This document shows positions 55,275-64,000 of a stretch of DNA of 64,000 nt, in pieces (positions within the stretch are counted from its first letter, which is position 1; each line of letters opens with the position of its first letter). Under the pieces are notes generated by a model. That model worked only from the letters and a program-made list of their open reading frames with translations. It ran no database searches and was not told the DNA's origin. The position numbers were made by a program, and so were the translations under genes. Source of the stretch: Escherichia coli (GTDB taxonomy: Bacteria; Pseudomonadota; Gammaproteobacteria; Enterobacterales; Enterobacteriaceae); NCBI RefSeq assembly GCF_044324785.1, contig NZ_CP172127.1. One strand, given 5' to 3'.

Positions 55275-55984
55275 AAATCGAACTGACGGTGAATGGACTA
55301 AAGGTACAGGCGCAGTACTCTGATGATGAAATTGAAAATGTACATAAACCGCTACTGCGTATGCTGGCGGCCTTACAGACGGTAAATCCGCAGCGGCGTA
55401 CGGTGGTTTTTCTTTGCGCTCCGCCGGGGACGGGTAAATCTACCCTAACCACCTTCTGGGAATATCTCGCGCAACAAGACCCGGAACTACCCGCTATTCA
55501 GACACTCCCGATGGATGGTTTTCACCATTACAATAGCTGGCTGGATGCGCATCAATTGCGCCCCTTCAAAGGCGCACCAGAGACATTTGACGTTGCGAAA
55601 CTGGCGGAAAATCTGCGCCAGGTCGTGGAAGGGGATTGTACGTGGCCGCAGTACGATCGACAAAAGCATGATCCTGTTGAAGATGCGTTGCACGTTACCG
55701 CACCACTCGTCATCGTCGAAGGAAACTGGCTATTACTGGATGATGAAAAGTGGCAGGAGTTGGCATCTTTCTGCGATTTTTCTATTTTTATTCATGCACC
55801 TGCTCAAATTCTGCGGGAGCGCTTGATTAGTCGTAAAATTGCGGGAGGATTATCGCGGCAAGAAGCCGAAGCTTTTTATGCCCGAACCGATGGTCCCAAT
55901 GTCGAGCGTGTGCTGGTGAATAGTCGTCAGGCCAATCTGATATTAGAGATGACCGAAGAAGGCAGATATCACTTCAAAAGCTGA
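55271..55984 (+). CDS. yggC: P-loop kinase-like protein YggC (237 aa)
   Basis: Walker A (CAPPGTGKST); 4-bp overlap with yggD. Confidence 0.8.
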   Translation: MKIELTVNGLKVQAQYSDDEIENVHKPLLRMLAALQTVNPQRRTVVFLCAPPGTGKSTLTTFWEYLAQQDPELPAIQTLPMDGFHHYNSWLDAHQLRPFKGAPETFDVAKLAENLRQVVEGDCTWPQYDRQKHDPVEDALHVTAPLVIVEGNWLLLDDEKWQELASFCDFSIFIHAPAQILRERLISRKIAGGLSRQEAEAFYARTDGPNVERVLVNSRQANLILEMTEEGRYHFKS

Positions 55985-56268
55985 CAATTTATTCCAGTTA
56001 TTGCAGGGGTATTATCACGCCAGCCTGGAATAAAGCCCCCTACAAAAGGGGATAAAAGTGTGACGTAAGTCAGATAAATGTCTTCTTCGGCTGGACAATC
56101 ATTCCTTTTATTCCACGTTTCGCTTATCCTAGCTGAAGCGTTTCAGTCGATTAAATGTTCGACAATTAACCAATCAGTCGCAGTTTGCGACAGGTAAGGT
56201 TTCCCCGGACGATTTGCTGGATTACTCTGTCTGGCAAATTTGCTCAGGGAAAACCTTGCAGGAGATCT

Positions 56269-57288
56269 ATGACCGTACGCGTAGCGATAAATGGCTTCGG
56301 TCGCATCGGGCGTAATGTGGTTCGTGCTTTGTATGAATCCGGACGCCGGGCGGAAATTACCGTGGTGGCAATCAACGAACTGGCGGATGCTGCGGGCATG
56401 GCGCATTTGTTGAAATATGACACCAGCCATGGCCGTTTTGCATGGGAAGTACGACAGGAACGCGATCAACTTTTTGTTGGTGATGACGCCATCCGCGTAT
56501 TGCATGAACGTTCACTGCAATCGCTCCCCTGGCGTGAACTTGGCGTTGATGTAGTCCTCGACTGCACCGGCGTATATGGCTCCCGCGAGCATGGCGAAGC
56601 GCATATTGCCGCCGGGGCTAAAAAAGTGCTCTTTTCACATCCTGGCAGTAACGATCTCGACGCGACCGTTGTTTATGGCGTCAATCAGGATCAACTTCGT
56701 GCGGAACACCGCATCGTTTCTAACGCTTCCTGTACCACGAATTGCATAATTCCCGTCATCAAATTGTTAGATGATGCGTACGGTATTGAGTCTGGCACTG
56801 TGACCACAATTCACTCCGCCATGCATGATCAACAGGTTATTGATGCATACCATCCTGACCTGCGTCGCACTCGGGCAGCCAGTCAGTCGATCATTCCGGT
56901 CGATACTAAACTGGCCGCCGGTATCACACGATTTTTTCCGCAATTTAACGATCGCTTTGAAGCGATTGCGGTACGTGTGCCAACCATAAATGTGACGGCA
57001 ATCGATTTAAGCGTGACGGTGAAGAAACCTGTAAAAGCCAATGAAGTCAACCTGTTGCTGCAAAAAGCAGCACAAGGTGCATTTCATGGTATAGTTGACT
57101 ATACGGAATTGCCGTTGGTCTCTGTAGATTTTAACCACGATCCGCACAGTGCCATTGTCGATGGCACCCAAACCCGGGTCAGTGGCGCACACCTGATCAA
57201 AACGTTGGTCTGGTGCGATAACGAATGGGGCTTTGCTAACCGAATGCTCGACACGACGTTAGCTATGGCTACTGTTGCTTTCAGGTAA
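56269..57288 (+). CDS. epd: erythrose-4-phosphate dehydrogenase (339 aa)
   Basis: Start at internal ATG ([21 protein letters not shown]...); GAPDH family. Confidence 0.95.
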
Positions 57289-57337
57289 GACGCAAGCAGC
57301 GTCTGCAAAACTTTTAGAATCAACGAGAGGATTCACC

Positions 57338-58501
57338 ATGTCTGTAATTAAGATGACCGATCTGGATCTTGCTGGGAAACGTGTATTTATCCGTGCGGAT
57401 CTGAACGTACCAGTAAAAGACGGGAAAGTAACCAGCGACGCGCGTATCCGTGCTTCTCTGCCGACCATCGAACTGGCCCTGAAACAAGGCGCAAAAGTGA
57501 TGGTAACTTCCCACCTGGGTCGTCCTACCGAAGGCGAGTACAACGAAGAATTCTCTCTGCTGCCGGTTGTTAACTACCTGAAAGACAAACTGTCTAACCC
57601 GGTTCGTTTGGTTAAAGATTACCTCGACGGCGTTGACGTTGCTGAAGGTGAACTGGTTGTTCTGGAAAACGTTCGCTTCAACAAAGGCGAGAAGAAAGAC
57701 GACGAAACTCTGTCCAAAAAATACGCTGCACTGTGTGACGTGTTCGTAATGGACGCATTCGGTACTGCTCACCGCGCGCAGGCTTCTACTCACGGTATCG
57801 GTAAATTTGCTGATGTTGCGTGCGCAGGCCCGCTGCTGGCAGCTGAACTGGACGCGCTGGGTAAAGCACTGAAAGAACCTGCTCGCCCGATGGTGGCTAT
57901 CGTTGGTGGTTCTAAAGTATCTACCAAACTGACCGTTCTGGACTCCCTGTCTAAAATCGCTGACCAGCTGATTGTTGGTGGTGGTATTGCTAACACCTTT
58001 ATCGCGGCACAAGGCCACGATGTGGGTAAATCCCTGTACGAAGCTGATCTGGTTGACGAAGCAAAACGTCTGCTGACCACCTGCAACATCCCGGTTCCGT
58101 CTGATGTTCGTGTAGCAACTGAGTTCTCTGAAACTGCACCGGCTACCCTGAAATCTGTTAACGATGTGAAAGCTGACGAGCAGATCCTGGATATCGGTGA
58201 TGCTTCCGCTCAGGAACTGGCTGAAATCCTGAAGAATGCGAAAACCATTCTGTGGAACGGTCCGGTTGGCGTGTTCGAATTCCCGAACTTCCGCAAAGGT
58301 ACTGAAATCGTGGCTAACGCTATCGCAGACAGCGAAGCGTTCTCCATCGCTGGCGGCGGCGACACTCTGGCAGCAATCGACCTGTTCGGCATTGCTGACA
58401 AAATCTCCTACATCTCCACTGGCGGCGGCGCATTCCTCGAATTCGTGGAAGGTAAAGTACTGCCTGCAGTAGCGATGCTCGAAGAGCGCGCTAAGAAGTA
58501 A
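57338..58501 (+). CDS. pgk: phosphoglycerate kinase (387 aa)
   Basis: Start at internal ATG ([25 protein letters not shown]...). Confidence 0.95.
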
Positions 58502-58507
58502 AAAATC

Positions 58508-58535
58508 ACAGGGCAGGGAAACCTGCCCTTGTTTC
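58508..58535 (+). terminator. terminator/attenuator hairpin after pgk
   Basis: agggcagg gaaa cctgccct followed by T-rich tail. Confidence 0.55.
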
Positions 58536-58715
58536 AGCGCGCTTTTAGAGCACGCAATTTTTCATACTCTAAATAATTCGAGTTGCAGGAAGGCGACAAG
58601 AGAGTGAATCCCCAGGAGCTTACATAAGTAAGTGACTGGGGTGAGCGAACGCAGACGCAGCACATGCAACTTGAAGTATGACGAGTATAAGGCCCGACGA
58701 TACAGGACAAGAGAC

Positions 58716-59795
58716 ATGTCTAAGATTTTTGATTTCGTAAAACCTGGCGTAATCACTGGTGATGACGTACAGAAAGTTTTCCAGGTAGCAAAAGAAAACA
58801 ACTTCGCACTGCCAGCAGTAAACTGCGTCGGTACTGACTCCATCAACGCCGTGCTGGAAACCGCTGCTAAAGTTAAAGCGCCGGTTATCGTTCAGTTCTC
58901 CAACGGTGGTGCTTCCTTTATCGCTGGTAAAGGCGTGAAATCTGACGTTCCGCAGGGTGCTGCTATCCTGGGCGCGATCTCTGGTGCGCATCACGTTCAC
59001 CAGATGGCTGAACATTATGGTGTTCCGGTTATCCTGCACACCGACCACTGCGCGAAGAAACTGCTGCCGTGGATCGACGGTCTGCTGGACGCGGGTGAAA
59101 AACACTTCGCAGCTACCGGCAAGCCGCTGTTCTCTTCTCACATGATCGACCTGTCAGAAGAATCTCTGCAAGAGAACATCGAAATCTGCTCTAAATACCT
59201 GGAGCGCATGTCCAAAATCGGCATGACTCTGGAAATCGAACTGGGTTGCACCGGTGGTGAAGAAGACGGCGTAGACAACAGCCACATGGACGCTTCTGCA
59301 CTGTACACCCAGCCGGAAGACGTTGATTACGCATACACCGAGCTGAGCAAAATCAGCCCGCGTTTCACCATCGCTGCGTCCTTCGGTAACGTACACGGTG
59401 TTTACAAGCCGGGTAACGTGGTTCTGACTCCGACCATCCTGCGTGATTCTCAGGAATATGTTTCTAAGAAACACAACCTGCCGCACAACAGCCTGAACTT
59501 CGTATTCCACGGTGGTTCCGGTTCTACTGCTCAGGAAATCAAAGACTCCGTAAGCTACGGCGTAGTGAAAATGAACATCGATACCGATACCCAATGGGCA
59601 ACCTGGGAAGGCGTTCTGAACTACTACAAAGAAAACGAAGCTTACTTGCAAGGCCAGCTGGGCAACCCGAAAGGCGAAGATCAGCCGAACAAGAAATACT
59701 ACGATCCGCGCGTATGGCTGCGTGCCGGTCAGACTTCGATGATCGCTCGTCTGGAAAAAGCATTCCAGGAACTGAACGCGATCGACGTTCTGTAA
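58716..59795 (+). CDS. fbaA: class II fructose-bisphosphate aldolase (359 aa)
   Basis: Start at internal ATG (MSKIFDFVKPGVITGDDVQKVFQVAKENNFALPAVNCVG...). Confidence 0.95.
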   Translation: MSKIFDFVKPGVITGDDVQKVFQVAKENNFALPAVNCVGTDSINAVLETAAKVKAPVIVQFSNGGASFIAGKGVKSDVPQGAAILGAISGAHHVHQMAEHYGVPVILHTDHCAKKLLPWIDGLLDAGEKHFAATGKPLFSSHMIDLSEESLQENIEICSKYLERMSKIGMTLEIELGCTGGEEDGVDNSHMDASALYTQPEDVDYAYTELSKISPRFTIAASFGNVHGVYKPGNVVLTPTILRDSQEYVSKKHNLPHNSLNFVFHGGSGSTAQEIKDSVSYGVVKMNIDTDTQWATWEGVLNYYKENEAYLQGQLGNPKGEDQPNKKYYDPRVWLRAGQTSMIARLEKAFQELNAIDVL

Positions 59796-59818
59796 GTCAT
59801 TCCTTTCTGCTTATCTCA

Positions 59819-59844
59819 AGGCCCGCTCTGCGGGTCTTTTTTTC
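59819..59844 (+). terminator. rho-independent terminator after fbaA
   Basis: gcccgctctgcgggtc followed by ttttttt. Confidence 0.75.
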
Positions 59845-59985
59845 GCCAAAAGCAAGGTGATACAGATGAGAAATCTGTGATCTATTTGGCAAAATTATGC
59901 TTTATTGTTTACCCTTGTCAGACTGCCCGTCATAAGGCGGCGGAGTGTATTTCTCCATTTTGAGTCAGTTGAAAAGGAATATTGA

Positions 59986-60846
<861 letters not shown>

Positions 60847-60984
60847 TCAACGCTGAGGCCAGATAATACTCTCTGGCCTCTCTCTTATTAGTTATTCTGA
60901 TTGCCAATTAATATTATCAATTTCCGCTAATAACAATCCCGCGATATAGTCTCTGCATCAGATACTTAATTCGGAATATCCAAC

Positions 60985-61620
60985 GTGTTTTCTTATTACT
61001 TTCAAGGTCTTGCTCTTGGCGCAGCTATGATCCTACCGCTCGGTCCACAAAATGCTTTTGTGATGAATCAGGGCATTCGTCGTCAGTACCACATTATGAT
61101 TGCCTTACTTTGCGCTATCAGCGATTTGGTCCTGATTTGCGCCGGGATTTTTGGTGGCAGCGCGTTATTGATGCAGTCGCCGTGGTTGCTGGCGCTGGTC
61201 ACCTGGGGCGGCGTAACCTTCTTGCTGTGGTATGGTTTTGGCGCTTTTAAAACAGCGATGAGCAGTAATATTGAGTTAGCCAGTGCCGAAGTCATGAAGC
61301 AAGGCAGATGGAAAATTATCGCCACCATGTTGGCAGTGACCTGGCTGAATCCGCATGTTTACCTGGATACTTTTGTTGTACTGGGCAGCCTTGGCGGGCA
61401 ACTTGATGTGGAACCAAAACGTTGGTTTGCACTCGGGACAATTAGCGCCTCTTTCCTGTGGTTCTTTGGTCTGGCTCTTCTCGCAGCCTGGCTGGCACCG
61501 CGTCTGCGCACGGCAAAAGCACAGCGCATTATCAATCTGGTTGTGGGATGTGTTATGTGGTTTATTGCCTTGCAGCTGGCGAGAGACGGTATTGCTCATG
61601 CACAGGCCTTGTTCAGTTAG
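60985..61620 (+). CDS. argO: arginine exporter ArgO, LysE family (211 aa)
   Basis: GTG start; translation [30 protein letters not shown].... Confidence 0.9.
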   Translation: MFSYYFQGLALGAAMILPLGPQNAFVMNQGIRRQYHIMIALLCAISDLVLICAGIFGGSALLMQSPWLLALVTWGGVTFLLWYGFGAFKTAMSSNIELASAEVMKQGRWKIIATMLAVTWLNPHVYLDTFVVLGSLGGQLDVEPKRWFALGTISASFLWFFGLALLAAWLAPRLRTAKAQRIINLVVGCVMWFIALQLARDGIAHAQALFS

Positions 61621-61712
61621 GCGCTATCTGATGGAAAAATAAAACAGAGGCGCTAAGCTTGCCTCCAGAGGTCCTGAATTTTAGGCAAGTCAATTAACAC
61701 GGAGAGACTAAC

Positions 61713-62453
61713 GTGAAGTTCAAAGTTATCGCCCTGGCGGCATTAATGGGTATTAGCGGGATGGCAGCGCAGGCTAACGAATTGCCGGATGGACCGCATA
61801 TTGTCACCTCCGGTACGGCAAGCGTGGATGCGGTGCCAGACATTGCCACTCTTGCGATTGAAGTCAACGTGGCCGCGAAGGATGCCGCTACTGCTAAGAA
61901 ACAGGCTGATGAGCGCGTCGCACAATACATTTCCTTCCTTGAACTCAATCAGATCGCGAAAAAAGATATCAGCTCAGCGAACTTACGCACCCAGCCAGAT
62001 TATGATTATCAGGATGGTAAAAGTATCCTGAAAGGCTACCGCGCTGTGAGAACGGTGGAAGTCACGCTCCGTCAGTTAGACAAACTGAATTCCTTGCTGG
62101 ATGGCGCGCTGAAGGCGGGTCTTAACGAAATTCGTTCTGTGTCGCTGGGCGTGGCGCAGCCGGATGCCTATAAAGACAAAGCGCGTAAGGCTGCGATTGA
62201 TAACGCGATTCATCAGGCGCAGGAACTGGCGAACGGCTTTCATCGTAAACTGGGGCCGGTATATAGCGTGCGCTACCATGTTTCCAACTATCAGCCCAGC
62301 CCAATGGTGCGGATGATGAAAGCCGATGCCGCGCCGGTGTCCGCCCAGGAAACTTACGAGCAGGCCGCTATTCAGTTTGATGATCAGGTCGATGTGGTCT
62401 TCCAGTTAGAACCTGTGGATCAACAACCCGCTAAAACACCTGCAGCACAATAA
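61713..62453 (+). CDS. yggE: DUF541/SIMPL periplasmic protein YggE (246 aa)
   Basis: GTG start, signal peptide; synteny. Confidence 0.85.
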   Translation: MKFKVIALAALMGISGMAAQANELPDGPHIVTSGTASVDAVPDIATLAIEVNVAAKDAATAKKQADERVAQYISFLELNQIAKKDISSANLRTQPDYDYQDGKSILKGYRAVRTVEVTLRQLDKLNSLLDGALKAGLNEIRSVSLGVAQPDAYKDKARKAAIDNAIHQAQELANGFHRKLGPVYSVRYHVSNYQPSPMVRMMKADAAPVSAQETYEQAAIQFDDQVDVVFQLEPVDQQPAKTPAAQ

Positions 62454-62460
62454 TACTTGT

Positions 62461-62482
62461 AGCCCGACGTATTCGTCGGGCT
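62461..62482 (+). terminator. putative yggE terminator hairpin (agcccgacg tatt cgtcgggct)
   Basis: Hairpin directly after the stop; weak T-tract. Confidence 0.4.
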
Positions 62483-62620
62483 AATGCCTTTACCCGATAT
62501 TGCCTCCTTTTTCTGTAATTTTCTGTAAAACCATGACGTAATCACCTATCTTTGCTCGCGGTTTCATCAAGGATAGGCTGACTGAAACGGTTAAGCGGAC
62601 AAGGATGCGGGGGAGGGGGG

Positions 62621-63517
62621 ATGGACATTTTTATTTCGAAAAAGATGCGCAATTTCATTTTATTAGCGCAAACCAATAATATTGCCCGGGCGGCAGAAAA
62701 AATCCATATGACGGCTTCGCCATTTGGTAAAAGCATTGCCGCGCTGGAAGAACAAATTGGCTATACGCTATTTACCCGCAAAGATAATAATATCAGCCTC
62801 AATAAAGCCGGACAGGAACTGTATCAAAAACTGTTCCCGGTTTATCAACGACTTTCTGCGATTGATAATGAAATCCATAACTCAGGGCGTCGTTCACGAG
62901 AAATTGTGATTGGCATAGATAATACTTATCCGACCATTATTTTTGATCAGTTGATTAGTCTCGGAGATAAGTATGAAGGCGTGACCGCCCAGCCAGTTGA
63001 GTTCAGCGAAAACGGCGTTATCGATAATCTTTTTGACCGCCAGTTAGATTTTATTATCTCCCCACAGCATGTATCTGCACGAGTTCAGGAACTGGAAAAC
63101 CTGACTATCAGTGAACTACCGCCGCTGCGATTGGGCTTTCTCGTTTCTCGCCGTTATGAAGAGCGACAAGAGCAAGAGCTGCTTCAGGAGCTGCCCTGGC
63201 TACAAATGCGCTTTCAGAACCGGGCCAACTTCGAAGCAATGATTGATGCGAATATGCGACCTTGTGGGATCAATCCAACCATTATTTATCGTCCCTACAG
63301 TTTTATGGCCAAAATAAGCGCCGTGGAGCGCGGACATTTTCTGACGGTGATCCCGCATTTTGCCTGGCGACTGGTGAATCCGGCAACGCTGAAATATTTT
63401 GATGCACCGCACAGGCCGATGTATATGCAGGAATATCTTTATTCAATCAGAAATCATCGTTATACCGCCACGATGCTTCAGCATATTGCTGAAGATCGTG
63501 ACGGGACGAGTCATTAA
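62621..63517 (+). CDS. ygfI: LysR-type transcriptional regulator (298 aa)
   Basis: N-terminal LysR HTH region; gene symbol assigned from position between yggE and scpC. Confidence 0.7.
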   Translation: MDIFISKKMRNFILLAQTNNIARAAEKIHMTASPFGKSIAALEEQIGYTLFTRKDNNISLNKAGQELYQKLFPVYQRLSAIDNEIHNSGRRSREIVIGIDNTYPTIIFDQLISLGDKYEGVTAQPVEFSENGVIDNLFDRQLDFIISPQHVSARVQELENLTISELPPLRLGFLVSRRYEERQEQELLQELPWLQMRFQNRANFEAMIDANMRPCGINPTIIYRPYSFMAKISAVERGHFLTVIPHFAWRLVNPATLKYFDAPHRPMYMQEYLYSIRNHRYTATMLQHIAEDRDGTSH

Positions 63518-64000
63518 CCCAGCATCGAGCCGGTTGCAATTAAATTACGGTGTAAGTCGAAGACGTGGCTAAGATCGTGGTGAATATGTCCGCCGGGCGC
63601 ATTTTCCAGATAGCGATGCAGATAATCCCGATACATAGGATGTGCACAATTATCAATGATAGTGCGGGCGCGTTGAAGCGGGGAAAGACCACGCAGATCG
63701 GCAATGCCTTGTTCGGTGATGATCACTTTGACGCTGTGTTCGCTGTGATCAACATGGCTGCACATTGGCACGACGGTTGAGATCTTGCCTTCTTTAGCAA
63801 TCGACGGGGCCATAAAGATCGACAGATACGCGTTGCGTTCAAAATCACCGCTGCCACCGATGCCGTTCATCAGATCGACCCCGGCTACGTGCGTTGAGTT
63901 GGCATGCCCGTAAATATCAAACTCCAGGCCGACGTTCAGAGCGATGACGCCCAGACGACGGATGATTTCCGGGTTATTGGAAATCTCCTGCGGACGCAAC
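63514..64000 (-). CDS. scpC: acetyl-CoA hydrolase/CoA-transferase family protein, C-terminal part only (5' end lies beyond the window)
   Basis: Open frame runs to the window edge; family and synteny suggest propionyl-CoA:succinate CoA-transferase. Confidence 0.6.
   Translation of the reverse strand, partial: LRPQEISNNPEIIRRLGVIALNVGLEFDIYGHANSTHVAGVDLMNGIGGSGDFERNAYLSIFMAPSIAKEGKISTVVPMCSHVDHSEHSVKVIITEQGIADLRGLSPLQRARTIIDNCAHPMYRDYLHRYLENAPGGHIHHDLSHVFDLHRNLIATGSMLG

Noticed and set aside
57320-58018. 232-aa ORF antisense to pgk, and similar long antisense frames in tktA (48058..48726), speA (42915..43541, 43575..44147), rsmE (36565..37086), mltC (23312..24010) and metK (40747..41367)
   Set aside because: All lie wholly inside confidently identified genes on the opposite strand, with no independent start or RBS context.

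Overview
The window is an Escherichia-type chromosomal segment in two parts. Positions 1 to about 17872 are the right-hand end of a horizontally acquired island inserted at the 3' end of a tRNA-Phe gene (pheV position, 17873..17948, minus strand); the island continues past the window start. Positions 17873..64000 are conserved core genome, in K-12 order but inverted: yqgA, speC, nupG, mltC, yggX, mutY, trmB, yggL, yggN, ansB, yggM, hemW, rdgB, yggU, yggT, yggS, yggR, ruvX, yqgE, gshB, rsmE, endA, sprT, galP, metK, yqgB, speA, speB, loiP, tktA, cmtBA, yggP, yggF, yggD, yggC, epd, pgk, fbaA, mscS, argO, yggE, ygfI and the 3' part of scpC. The island carries a complete R64/SPI-7-like type IVB thin-pilus operon (pilL to pilV), a two-segment shufflon with its Rci recombinase, a tyrosine integrase, and a translationally coupled pair made of a short UvrD-like SF1 helicase and a 509-aa acidic protein of unknown function. 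That helicase pair is the least explained element here and the best candidate for an undescribed system, but I cannot assign it a function from sequence alone. Two single-gene insertions interrupt the core relative to my recollection of K-12: a lipoprotein gene between speA and speB, and an SPFH/band-7 gene between tktA and cmtB. All protein identities rest on reading the translations and on synteny; no database search was run. Coordinates include stop codons, and several starts were moved to internal ATGs that match known N-termini.
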